This document shows, in pieces, positions 42,233 through 53,557 of a stretch of 64,000 nt of DNA. Under the pieces are notes generated by a model. It searched no databases. It was not told the origin of the DNA and saw only the letters and a program-made list of their open reading frames with translations. This DNA is from Acidiphilium sp. (GTDB lineage: Bacteria; Pseudomonadota; Alphaproteobacteria; Acetobacterales; Acetobacteraceae). How positions within the stretch are numbered: position 1 is the first letter of the stretch; every line of letters starts with the position of its first letter. The stretch lies in NCBI RefSeq assembly GCF_049977125.1, contig NZ_JBMFGY010000005.1, positions 5,965 through 69,964 on the forward strand, in the 5' to 3' direction. The translations under genes and the position numbers were made by a program.

Positions 42233-43276
42233 TCAAGAGATCAGTGATGCCAGCGCCGTCTCGGCGCGCAGCACACCGCGCGCAAGGGCGGCGATGTCCA
42301 CCTCGGTTTGCAACATGTGACGCTCGCCCAACGGCAGAGCGGTTCTGACCGGATAGCGGGGTGCCGGTGACAGGATCAATCGCCATTCCAGACCGAACAT
42401 CCGCGCGCAGGCGGCAATCGTGGTGTCGCGCCAGCCATCGATGCCGAGCTCGAGCACCATCGTGCCGGGATCGCAGAACCCAAGCAGCGGCGCCTGAGCC
42501 GGATCATCGATGACGATGACGCGTGATGCCGCCAATGACGCCACGAGGTCGGTCAGGCCAAGTTGGTTCACGCCGAGGCGCATGGCGGCGACGTCGAGGA
42601 CCGCGAAGCCACGGGCGCGCAGCCAGGCCAGCACACTGGCCTGATTGGCACGGGTGAACCGGGCTTCATCGGCCGGCGCCAGAATCGCGATGCGCGCGCT
42701 GACTTCGTAGGGTTCGACCATGAAGCGCAACGACTCGATCGCGGGACGGATCATGCGCGAGACGCCGCTGCCAACCGGCCGGGTCAGACAGAGCCGGGCA
42801 ATCCGGGTCGGGGTGGCGATCGGGGTATAACGATCGAGCAGGTTCATCGCTGCCAGCGCATCGATCTGCGCCAGCGTGAGCGGGGCGCCGATCAGGCCGG
42901 GGACGCCGCCCGCGCGACATTGCAGTGAGGCGATCGATAGAGTCTCGCCAAGAAACCGGCCCAACGGTTCGTCGGCGCCCGCCGCCAGCGGTGCCAGTAC
43001 GCCGGTGCCCGGATGAACGGCGATCGGTTCGGCGATATGCGATGGCATCACACCGTGGCGGAGCGCGCCCGCCGCATCGAGAATTGCAAAGGGGGTCGGA
43101 ATTACCAGCGCGTCATCAAGCATGACGGTTTCCCACCCCGGCATCGGTACTGCCGGATTGGCCAGTGTGCGATCGGGACGATCGACCCCGAACCAGGTAA
43201 CGTCATGGACCATGCCGCGCGGCACCATATCGGCGGCACCGGGCATCAGGTGGCAAAATACCTCGTGGTCGCTCAT
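42233..43276 (-). CDS. DUF563/GT61-like protein, degenerate paralog
   Basis: 347 aa. The C-terminal half aligns by eye to the upstream gene (LGFCDPGTMVLEL vs LGFCDPGTRVLEI; LLDRYTPIATPTRIARL vs LLDGYIALEAPTRFRKL). It lacks the NYGHF motif. It has an ATGA overlap with the upstream gene. Confidence 0.6.
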   Translation of the reverse strand: MSDHEVFCHLMPGAADMVPRGMVHDVTWFGVDRPDRTLANPAVPMPGWETVMLDDALVIPTPFAILDAAGALRHGVMPSHIAEPIAVHPGTGVLAPLAAGADEPLGRFLGETLSIASLQCRAGGVPGLIGAPLTLAQIDALAAMNLLDRYTPIATPTRIARLCLTRPVGSGVSRMIRPAIESLRFMVEPYEVSARIAILAPADEARFTRANQASVLAWLRARGFAVLDVAAMRLGVNQLGLTDLVASLAASRVIVIDDPAQAPLLGFCDPGTMVLELGIDGWRDTTIAACARMFGLEWRLILSPAPRYPVRTALPLGERHMLQTEVDIAALARGVLRAETALASLIS

Positions 43277-44457
43277 CGCGGCCCGAACACGGTGGCGAGG
43301 GCAGCGCGAAATGCGCCGGGATCGACGGTGAACTGGAATTCACGGGCAGTACCGATCTCCGCGGGCGCACCGGTCGCGAAAAAGACCTGCCACCTCAATC
43401 CAAACAAGTGGCATGACGCGCGGGTCCAACCATCGGAAAACCGATCCGGCTGAATTTCCAACACCCGCGTGCCCGGATCGCAGAAGCCCAGATTGGCGAG
43501 GCCCGCACCGGATTCGCCGATCACGCCAACAGCGGAGGCAAAAAGCCGCGCCTGCTCGGCCACGCTCATGGTGGCGGGGCGGACCAATTCAAATCCGAAA
43601 TCAGCAGCGATTGCTTCGATTTCGCTGCGATTGTCCATGATCCGGCGATTGTCCGGCGTATCACGCGAGATCATCAGACGGCGTCCGCTGGTGCGCTCCG
43701 TGCCAAAGCGAAACCGAAGACGGTCGAACACGGTACGGATGAAACGGTTGGGATAGGAAACGGTGAACGAAACCATCGTGCTGGTGAGCAGCTTGCGAAA
43801 CCGCGTCGGTGCTTCGAGCGCAATGTAGCCATCGAGCAGATCGAGAGCTTCGAGTATTTCCGCCTGCCAGGGCAGCAGCGTCCGCCCGGCAAGCACCGCG
43901 CCGGGGCCGAGGAGCAGCCGGTGATGCAGCGCCGCCGGCAGACCATCATAGAGGAAATGGCCATAATTATTGCCGCCAACACCACCGACCGGCAGGGCGA
44001 TCATCGGCGAATAGTCAATGTTGCGGTTGGAATCGGCAAAGCGCCAGCCATCCTTGGCGGTGGTGAAATTTCCGTCGATCAGTGATAACTCGCCGTTCCA
44101 CATGGCAAGATTGGCGATGGATGGCTCGAAAAATGCCTGTCGCGCGTTCAGCACGGCCATCGAATCCGGGGCAAGGATCGCCTCGTTGAGCAGAACGCTG
44201 GCGACATGCTGTAGCCGGTGGACCGGATCATCGCGCAAGGCGGCAATCGTGGGCTGGCCAGCGCCGAACACGGTGCGCCCAGCGACCAAACCGTGAGGTA
44301 CGACATCGAGAAACCGATCCGGGGTGTGACGAAGCTGGCAATCGACCGCCTCGGGGTCGCGCACCGCCCGCCTGAGCGCGGCAAACCCAGACACGGCCGG
44401 AAGATCATCGCTGGAGAAGCGGCGAATCGGCGCGGAGGAGATCGGTGGTCCATCCAT
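43273..44457 (-). CDS. DUF563 / glycosyltransferase family 61-like protein
   Basis: 394 aa with the GGNNYGHFLYDGLPAAL motif (the N-x-GHF..D/E.LP hallmark of DUF563 capsule-type glycosyltransferases). Confidence 0.65.
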   Translation of the reverse strand: MDGPPISSAPIRRFSSDDLPAVSGFAALRRAVRDPEAVDCQLRHTPDRFLDVVPHGLVAGRTVFGAGQPTIAALRDDPVHRLQHVASVLLNEAILAPDSMAVLNARQAFFEPSIANLAMWNGELSLIDGNFTTAKDGWRFADSNRNIDYSPMIALPVGGVGGNNYGHFLYDGLPAALHHRLLLGPGAVLAGRTLLPWQAEILEALDLLDGYIALEAPTRFRKLLTSTMVSFTVSYPNRFIRTVFDRLRFRFGTERTSGRRLMISRDTPDNRRIMDNRSEIEAIAADFGFELVRPATMSVAEQARLFASAVGVIGESGAGLANLGFCDPGTRVLEIQPDRFSDGWTRASCHLFGLRWQVFFATGAPAEIGTAREFQFTVDPGAFRAALATVFGPR

Positions 44458-44595
44458 ATTCGGTGCCGTGGGTTGCGTTCTGCCTGTGGTGAGCGCGGAA
44501 TAACGCTACATCTGGGTTATGGTGAGACATGTCAACGTTGCAATCGAGGTCACAGACCTCTGGCCTCAAAGCATAAGATCGGCGATTTTAGCGTG

Positions 44596-45321
44596 ATGAC
44601 AGCAAATCATACGATCATCGGAATTCTGATCGGGATGGGTTTCCTCGCCGGCTCCGGCGCGAGAGCGGCGGCAGCACCCTCCGCCGCGACCGTACTCAGC
44701 CTGACGGTGATCGGGCGGGCGGATCACACACCCGACCAGCTTGTCGCCAGAATGTCGGTTCAGGATGACGCGCCGACCGCCGCTTCGGCTCAGGCGGCGG
44801 TGAACCGGACGATGGGACTGGCGCTGGCTCAGGCTGAGGCGATCAAGGGACTGCATGTCACCACCGGGAGCTATGATGTGGCTCCGACGGATCCGAAACA
44901 CACAGCCTGGCATGCGCAGCAGACGATGATACTGCGCTACGCCGCCTCACCCAACACAGCGGCCACCGCGGCGGTGCGCCGCCTGATCGGCTCGTTCCAG
45001 GCGAGATCGATTGTGCTTGACGGTATCGCAGGGGGTCTCAGTTCCGCGGCCGCCCGTGACACACGTGAACGGGCGATCGCGGATGCGGTACGCCAATTGC
45101 GGGCCGAAGCCGCTGCCACCGCATCAGCCCTCGGCGATCGGGTCGGCGCGATCACCAGGATAACCCTCACCGGTCAGACCCCCTTCCACCCGCTGATGCT
45201 GGCCATGCGTTCGGCAGAAGTGGTGCTGCCTCAGACGCAACCGGGCGCGATAACCGAGCAGATCAGCCTGTTCGCGACAGTTGAGTTACATCCGGCACCG
45301 TCAGCCGGTTCGAAACGGTAA
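44596..45321 (+). CDS. SIMPL-domain (DUF541) periplasmic protein
   Basis: The ORF was trimmed to the ATG at 44596 (MTANHTIIGILIGMGFLAGSGARAAAAP..., a signal peptide). It is 241 aa, Ala-rich and two-lobed like the 26-kDa periplasmic immunogenic protein family. Confidence 0.6.
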   Translation: MTANHTIIGILIGMGFLAGSGARAAAAPSAATVLSLTVIGRADHTPDQLVARMSVQDDAPTAASAQAAVNRTMGLALAQAEAIKGLHVTTGSYDVAPTDPKHTAWHAQQTMILRYAASPNTAATAAVRRLIGSFQARSIVLDGIAGGLSSAAARDTRERAIADAVRQLRAEAAATASALGDRVGAITRITLTGQTPFHPLMLAMRSAEVVLPQTQPGAITEQISLFATVELHPAPSAGSKR

Positions 45322-46843
45322 GCCGCTCGTGGGCATCGTCGTCGGCGCCGATAGCCGCCAGAATCGCCGTAGCACTGTCACTCCATGAGGGCGGACGGAA
45401 TGCTCGCGCGATCTTGGCTTCGAGAGTGGCGACCCGTTCAGGTTCCAGGATGAAGCGGGTGATCACGCGATAGGCGTCGTTCAGGTCGTCGGGATCGAAA
45501 TAAACACAGAACTCACCCCCTGCTTCAGGCACCGATGCCCGGCTCGAGGCGGCGACGGTCTTGCCAAACGAGAGGCTCTCGGTGACTGGTAGGCCCCACC
45601 CCTCGTAAAACGAGGGAAACACCGTGAACAGACAATGTTGATAGAGCGAGGCAAGATCCTCATCGCTCGGGCTTTCAACAATTTTCAACTTGCCGTCGAG
45701 GTTCGACGAGTTCTCAATCTGCATCATCAGATCATGGGTCAACCAGCCGATCTTGCCGGCGAAGACCAGATTGGGAATCGCCTCTGGCGGCAGCGTGTTC
45801 ATCATGCGTCGCCACAGACGAAACATCAGGATGTGGTTCTTACGGGTCTCAATGGTCGAAACGAACAGAACGTAGGGCTGGGTCTGGATCGGCGGCCGCG
45901 GCGTGCGGTCGGGAAACGTCACACCGATCGGCACGATCTGCGGGGTCCGGATCGGGATCGACTCACGGTTGGCGAATGCGACGATATCGGAGGCTGTGGC
46001 CTGTGAAATCGTGAACAGCACATCGGCCAGACCAATGATCGGACCGAGCCAGGCAACGAATTGCCGCCGTAGCGCCATCACCGCCCATTCCGGCCAGTTC
46101 AGCGGGATCAGATCATAGATCATCACGGCGAAGCGGACACCGAACTGATCCTTCAGCCTCTGGATCATCGCCGGATAGTAGCCGCCGGGCCAGGACGCTC
46201 CGATCGACAGGATGACATCGCCGCGGGCCAGATCGACCGGCTTGCCGACAACGATACCGGGGGTGGTGGAACCGTTCTCAGTCTCGCCGGGCGGCAGCGT
46301 TGTGGCAGGTACCAGTGAACCGGTTCCACCGAGGCCGAGATAGCGACGCCCCCCCCTGACCGTGTCGTACAAGGCGCGACCAGCATGGCGCTGCGCGACC
46401 AAAGCGGTACGCGCCATGCTCAGACTGGCCCGAAGCGCCTGACCACTATTGCTTTGCGCCCGCACGAACGCGGCGATCGGAGCGCGCAGATCGGCCGGGA
46501 GCGTCTGGCCCCATCGCCGTAGCGACGACACGTTAGGCGACGGGTCCGTCATGGAAACCGCAGCCTGGGACTGATCGAGCCCACCCGGCGGCACCGCCTC
46601 GGCCGGCACGGCGGCGGGGTCGCTGATCATCGCCTGTGTGATGCGATGTTCGACATCGAGCCAGGAAACCTCCTCGAGGTCGCGACCGTTTGGCAGATGA
46701 CGAACAAAACGTATCGGACACGCACCGGTCTTTTTGCGGTCTAACTCGCGATAGATTTCAAAACAGAGCCTCTGGATACCGCTCGGGCGGCTGGTGGCAT
46801 AAAAATGGACCAATAGATCTTCAATATCGACCCAGACCGTCAT
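45263..46843 (-). CDS. Glycosyltransferase family 4 (GT-B, Glycos_transf_1 type) with a long N-terminal extension
   Basis: 526 aa. The C-terminal domain has the EGWGLPVTESLSFGK motif (E-x7-E region). It is divergent from gmd-rmd. Confidence 0.75.
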   Translation of the reverse strand: MTVWVDIEDLLVHFYATSRPSGIQRLCFEIYRELDRKKTGACPIRFVRHLPNGRDLEEVSWLDVEHRITQAMISDPAAVPAEAVPPGGLDQSQAAVSMTDPSPNVSSLRRWGQTLPADLRAPIAAFVRAQSNSGQALRASLSMARTALVAQRHAGRALYDTVRGGRRYLGLGGTGSLVPATTLPPGETENGSTTPGIVVGKPVDLARGDVILSIGASWPGGYYPAMIQRLKDQFGVRFAVMIYDLIPLNWPEWAVMALRRQFVAWLGPIIGLADVLFTISQATASDIVAFANRESIPIRTPQIVPIGVTFPDRTPRPPIQTQPYVLFVSTIETRKNHILMFRLWRRMMNTLPPEAIPNLVFAGKIGWLTHDLMMQIENSSNLDGKLKIVESPSDEDLASLYQHCLFTVFPSFYEGWGLPVTESLSFGKTVAASSRASVPEAGGEFCVYFDPDDLNDAYRVITRFILEPERVATLEAKIARAFRPPSWSDSATAILAAIGADDDAHERLTVSNRLTVPDVTQLSRTG

Positions 46844-46980
46844 GTCACCAACTTTACATTACTCAAAATACATCTCCGGAATATAACTGATCGACGATTT
46901 CATCGCTTCTTATCGGCCCCCTCTAGCCAGCTTCGCAGATTACGTCCAGAACGGCGCCGGATTTCAACTCTTTTTCTTGA

Positions 46981-47973
<993 letters not shown>

Positions 47974-47982
47974 GGGGCTGAC

Positions 47983-48888
47983 GTGACACCGCATCGTATT
48001 CTGATCACCGGCAGCAGCGGTTTCGTCGGCGGCTATCTGCGTGCCGAACTGGCCGCGATGTGGCCGGATGCCACCGTGATCGCCGGTGCTGCCGATGTCA
48101 CCGATACCGCGGCGGTTCACCGCATGATCAAATCGGGCGCGCCTGATGTCGTGGTGCATCTGGCTGGCATCGCCTCGGTGCCAGCGGCGCGGCAGGAGCC
48201 CGATCGGGCCTTCGCGGTCAATCTCGGCGGCAGCATCGCGGTGGCGCGCGCGATCATCGAAACGTCGCCGCGCTGCCTGATGATCCATGTCGGCAGTGCT
48301 GAGGCCTACGGTGCAAGCTTCCGCAGCGGTATCGCGCTGGATGAAACCGCACCGCTGGCGCCGCTCAATATCTATGCCGCGACGAAGGCGGCGGCGGATC
48401 TGACCCTCGGAGCCATGGCGGGCGAATCAGGATTGCGTCTGGTGCGGTTCAGACCGTTCAACCACACCGGTCCGGGTCAATCCGGCGCCTTCGTCATCCC
48501 CGCATTTGCCGCTCAGATCGCCGCGATCATGGCACAGACCCAGCCGCCGGTGATCAAGGTCGGCAATCTGGAGGCGGCGCGGGATTTTCTCGATGTCCGC
48601 GACGTGGTGCGGGCTTACGCGCTGGCCATCGCCCATGCCGAAGCGCTGGCGTCGGATGCGGTGTTCAATCTGGCCTCCGGCACCCCACGCCGGATTGGCG
48701 ATTTGCTTGAAACAATGATCGCAGCAGCCGGTCGGCCGATCGCCATCGAGATCGATCCTGCCCGGCTGCGCCCGGTCGATATTCCAATGGCGTTTGGCAA
48801 TGCCGCCGCCGCGCGGCGCGATCTGGGATGGGAGCCGCAGATCGATCTCGCCACGACGCTGCGGGCGATGCTGCCCAATCGGAGCTGA
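47983..48888 (+). CDS. rmd: GDP-4-dehydro-6-deoxy-D-mannose reductase (GDP-D-rhamnose forming)
   Basis: 301 aa with a GTG start and an SDR fold (GSSGFVGG, YAATK). The segment RPFNHTGPGQSGAFVIPAFAAQIA...ARDFLDVRDVV closely resembles my recollection of Pseudomonas Rmd. It sits directly downstream of gmd. Confidence 0.8.
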   Translation: MTPHRILITGSSGFVGGYLRAELAAMWPDATVIAGAADVTDTAAVHRMIKSGAPDVVVHLAGIASVPAARQEPDRAFAVNLGGSIAVARAIIETSPRCLMIHVGSAEAYGASFRSGIALDETAPLAPLNIYAATKAAADLTLGAMAGESGLRLVRFRPFNHTGPGQSGAFVIPAFAAQIAAIMAQTQPPVIKVGNLEAARDFLDVRDVVRAYALAIAHAEALASDAVFNLASGTPRRIGDLLETMIAAAGRPIAIEIDPARLRPVDIPMAFGNAAAARRDLGWEPQIDLATTLRAMLPNRS

Positions 48889-48912
48889 AAACAACCACTG
48901 GCGGTCAAGTGT

Positions 48913-49422
48913 CTACGGCACCCGCGCCGACACCTGATCGAGCAGGATCGCCCAACGCTCGTGATCGCGCCAGGCACCGTCGATGAACAGGTAGTCCGGC
49001 GAATACCCCTCGCGGCAAAATCCGAGGCGTTGAACCAGCCGGATCGATCGCACGTTACCCGGCTGGATATTGGCCTCAACTCGATGCAAACCGACGATTT
49101 CACGCATATGGATCAGGCCGGCCCGCAAGCACAGGCTCATCAGACCCTGTCCGGCGCAGGCGACCATGCCGTAATAGCCAAGATAGCACGAGCGGAAATT
49201 AGCCAGAACGATCTCGCTAAAATTGAAAACACCGATAATCGTACCATCGTCGGTCAATCCGATCATCGAGACCGCGCGTCGGTGATCGACACCGGCGAAC
49301 CATTGTTCGAACGCGGCACGATCGAGCGGTGGTTGCACCCAGGGGGCATGATAGTCGCGGCTGGCCCGGTTGGCCGCGATCAAGGCGTCGGCGTCGCTGG
49401 CCTCAAGCAATCGCAGCATCAT
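48913..49422 (-). CDS. GNAT family N-acetyltransferase (RimJ/RimL-like)
   Basis: 169 aa with the motif-A region GQGLMSLCL and NVRSIRLVQRLGF. It has a 4-nt overlap with the upstream kinase gene. Confidence 0.75.
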   Translation of the reverse strand: MMLRLLEASDADALIAANRASRDYHAPWVQPPLDRAAFEQWFAGVDHRRAVSMIGLTDDGTIIGVFNFSEIVLANFRSCYLGYYGMVACAGQGLMSLCLRAGLIHMREIVGLHRVEANIQPGNVRSIRLVQRLGFCREGYSPDYLFIDGAWRDHERWAILLDQVSARVP

Positions 49423-50740
49423 AGCGGCAGCACGATTGTCACGCGGAGCCCGCCGAGTGGACTGTCATCGAGCCGGATATCGCCGCCGTGCGCCGCGATG
49501 ATGTCGCGCGCAATGGCGAGGCCAAGGCCGGTGCCGCTGGCGCTGCCGCTCTCGAACGGACGAAACATCTGCTCACGCCGGTCGGGTGGAATCCCGGGAC
49601 CGTCGTCATCGATCACCACGCGGACGCTGCTGGCACCGTCCGGAGCGGCGGCAAGGTTGATCCGCCCGGCATGACGCGCGGCATTATCGAGGAGATTAGC
49701 CAGCGCCCTGCGCATCGCCTCGGGGCGTAGCACAACGCTCGGCAGTGGCGAGAGCGCGAGAGCAACGGTTATACCGCCACGCGCGGCACGGGCGGCGACT
49801 TCCTCGATCAATAGCCCGAAATCGGTCGGCTGAGGGGCTTCGGCCCCCTCACCGCGGGCAAAGGCGAGATACAGCGCCACCAGACGTTCCATTTCATCGA
49901 TGTCGCTGGTCATGCCTTCGATGTCAGCCGTCGTTTCCGGGAGCATCGCGATGGCAAGGCGCAACCGGGTCAGTGGTGTACGCAAATCATGCGACACCCC
50001 GGCCAGCATGGCGGTACGTTGGGCGAGGAAGCGGCGAACCCGGTCCTGCATCCGGTTGAAGGCGGTGCCGGCCCGGCGTACCTCGGTTGCGCCCTCGGGA
50101 CGGATCGGGCCGGTATCGCGCCCCATGCCGAAGGCTTCGGCGGCCAGGGCAAGGCGTCGAATACCCCGCACCTGATTCCGCAAAAACAGAATCGCGAGGG
50201 TGAGCAGTATCAGCGTCGTCCCCCCGAGCCAGGCGAAAAAAATATAAAGCTCCCCGATATAGAGCCGCTTGCGCGGCACATCGATGGTCAGCACGCCGTC
50301 GGACACCTGGACATCGACCCGCACCATCCCCGGCGGGCCGTGCCAGACCAATGCGAAAGGACGCCCAAGTCCAGTGGCGAGCGCGTTCGCCAGATCGGTA
50401 TCGACCGGACCGAACGCGTGCGGCAGACGATGAGGCCTCAGGGTACGGCCAGGATGGAAATGGAACGCGAATTCGAAGCGGTAGGCGGCATTGGCGAAGA
50501 TCTGACGTCGCGCGTCGGGAAACACATCCGCCTGATCGAGCACGAAGGCGATTTCCCCGGCGACGCTGCCGGCAAGGCGGCGCGACAGGGTATCGAGGTG
50601 GCTGCCATAGAAAATCTGTAGCGCCACCCCTTCGAGCAGGATCAGCGGCAGCACCACGATCAGCAGGGTACGACCGAACAGGCTGCGCGGCAGAATTTTG
50701 CGGAGCGCGCGGTCCGGTTCGAGACCGCGGGGAACCAGTC

Positions 50741-50744
<4 letters not shown>
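49419..50744 (-). CDS. Two-component sensor histidine kinase (EnvZ-like)
   Basis: 441 aa with two TM helices, a HAMP domain, the H-box GVSHDLRTPLT, and N/G boxes (DDDGPGI, GTGLGLAI). Confidence 0.88.
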
Positions 50745-51436
<692 letters not shown>

Positions 51437-51449
51437 GACGTGGCCGCGA

Positions 51450-51968
51450 TCATCGTTTCGATGCGCGGGCCGCCTCGGCGCGATCGAGCCAGGCGCGGGC
51501 ATCATCCTTCATCATCCCGCGCAGCACCTTGCGAAACCCCTCGACGGCCGGCCCCCCGGCCTCGCGAAACGCCATCGTCAGGCGCTCATGCTGAGTTTCG
51601 AACAGACGGCGTTCCAGCGCGACTCCCTCCGGCGTGAGCGACAACAGCCGCTGCCGGCGGTCGGTGCGGCCAGGAGTTTGCTTCACATAACCCTCACGAA
51701 TCAACGGTCCGAGCACCCGGGCGAGACTCTGCTTGGCGATCCCGAGAATATGCAGCAACTCGCCGACCGGCAGACCGGGATTGCGGCCGATGAAATGCAG
51801 GGTCCGGTGATGCGCGCGGCCGAACCCCATTTCGGCCAGCATCGCATCAGCAGTCGCGACCAAATCGCGATTGGCGAAAAAAATCATATCTTGCGCCAGA
51901 CGGAGTTCGTCCTCGCGAAGGAATAGCAGGCCGGCGGTCTGACCGGTTTGAGCGGATTTTTCATGCAT
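51450..51968 (-). CDS. MarR-family transcriptional regulator
   Basis: The ORF was trimmed to the ATG at 51968 (MHEKSAQTG...). It has a winged HTH (VGELLHILGIAKQSLARVL ... TDRRQRLLSLTPEG). Confidence 0.75.
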   Translation of the reverse strand: MHEKSAQTGQTAGLLFLREDELRLAQDMIFFANRDLVATADAMLAEMGFGRAHHRTLHFIGRNPGLPVGELLHILGIAKQSLARVLGPLIREGYVKQTPGRTDRRQRLLSLTPEGVALERRLFETQHERLTMAFREAGGPAVEGFRKVLRGMMKDDARAWLDRAEAARASKR

Positions 51969-52169
51969 GACGCACTCATTATTACTGGTATAGGAGGTAT
52001 GTGATAAGACAGTGTTTATACCCGATTGCACAAAATGCCCATGGCAAACCGGATTTTGTCTGGGCAGACCCGAGACTCGCCCCTTGGCCACCGACCGCCG
52101 ACAATCTAAAGGTGGTGATATGAACTACGGCCGCATCGATCCGCGGCCCGATCGAGAGGGGACGCGACC

Positions 52170-53069
52170 ATGAGCCTGATTCCATTCGACGACCGCGACG
52201 GCATGATCTGGTGGGACGGCGCCTTGCGTCCGTGGCGCGAGGCCAATTTGCACGTTCTCTCGCACGGGCTGCACTATGCCTCGGCCGTTTTTGAAGGCGA
52301 ACGCGCCTATGCCGGCAATATCTTCCGCTTGCGCGACCACACCAACCGGCTGATCCAGTCAGGCAAAATACTTGGGTTTGATATCCCTTATACCGCCGCC
52401 GAAATCGATGCCGCATGTAATGAGGTGCTGGCCGCCAATGGCTTCACCGATGCTTACATACGCCCGATCGCCTGGCGCGGCTCGGAACAACTCTCGGTCT
52501 CGGCGCAGCAGACCCGGATTCATCTTGCGATTGCCGCCTGGGCCTGGCCCAATCTGTTCGGTTCGGACCGGATGAAGGGTATTACCCTCGGCATGGCGCA
52601 ATGGCGTCGGCCCGATCCACGCAGCGCCCCCACCGCCTCGAAGGCTGCCGGCCTTTATATGATCGGCACCCTGTCAAAGCACGCGGCCGAGGCCGAGGGG
52701 TTCAATGACGCGCTGATGTTAACGCTGGATGGAAACGTCGCTGAAGCGACCGGGGCGAATATTTTCTTCGCGATCGATGGTGCGCTGCACACGCCGACGC
52801 CGGACAGTTTCCTCGATGGCATCACCCGGCGCACGGTGATGGCGCTTGCGCGCGCCCGCCAGATCCCCGTTGTTGAGCGCCATATCAAACCCGAGGAAAT
52901 GGCGCAGGCGAGCGAAGTGTTTCTCGCCGGCACCGCTGCCGAGGTTACACCGGTCCGCCAGATCGGCGATCTCCATTTCAACCCCGGCCGCATTACCCAG
53001 GTGCTGATTGGCGATTACGATGCCCTTGTGCGGATGTCGCCCGACGAGGTTGCCAGGCGCGCCGCATGA
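52170..53069 (+). CDS. ilvE: Branched-chain amino acid aminotransferase (class IV)
   Basis: 299 aa with HYASAVFEGERAY and YIRPIAWRG. A GAGAGGGGA SD lies upstream. Confidence 0.88.
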   Translation: MSLIPFDDRDGMIWWDGALRPWREANLHVLSHGLHYASAVFEGERAYAGNIFRLRDHTNRLIQSGKILGFDIPYTAAEIDAACNEVLAANGFTDAYIRPIAWRGSEQLSVSAQQTRIHLAIAAWAWPNLFGSDRMKGITLGMAQWRRPDPRSAPTASKAAGLYMIGTLSKHAAEAEGFNDALMLTLDGNVAEATGANIFFAIDGALHTPTPDSFLDGITRRTVMALARARQIPVVERHIKPEEMAQASEVFLAGTAAEVTPVRQIGDLHFNPGRITQVLIGDYDALVRMSPDEVARRAA

Positions 53070-53090
53070 GCCATCCGCACTGACCACAAC

Positions 53091-53486
53091 GTGACGGTTC
53101 CGCATTTCACCGACCACGCTGCCAATGAGCGGACGTTTCTGGCCTGGGTCCGCACCGCCATCGCCGTGATGGCGTTTGGTTTCCTGGTCGAACGTTTCGA
53201 TATTTTTCTCAAAATCGCCGGTAAGTCGCTCGGCAAAACCGTAACAATGTCAGGTCAGGTCGCCGGCAGCTTGGTCGGGCTGGCGCTGATCGTCGCCGGC
53301 GCTCTAATGGTCATGGCCGCGATGCTGCGGTTCGTGCGTAACCGTGCCGACATCGCCGACGATCAAACCCACGGCGCCACCAGCGACCGGCTCGACTTGG
53401 TCCTGGCCGGGCTGATCGTGGTGCTTGGCGTCGCACTTGCGATCTATCTCGGCCTGACCATGCTGCACGGCGCGAAACAGGGGTGA
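53091..53486 (+). CDS. DUF202 (YidH) family membrane protein
   Basis: 131 aa with the NERTFLAWVRT motif and 3 TM helices. The start is GTG. Confidence 0.7.
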   Translation: MTVPHFTDHAANERTFLAWVRTAIAVMAFGFLVERFDIFLKIAGKSLGKTVTMSGQVAGSLVGLALIVAGALMVMAAMLRFVRNRADIADDQTHGATSDRLDLVLAGLIVVLGVALAIYLGLTMLHGAKQG

Positions 53487-53557
53487 GCCGCGTGCGACCG
53501 GCAGCGTTGCGCGGATCGCTCATTCTCCCGGCAGCACCAAGGCCGTAAATCCCCTCA

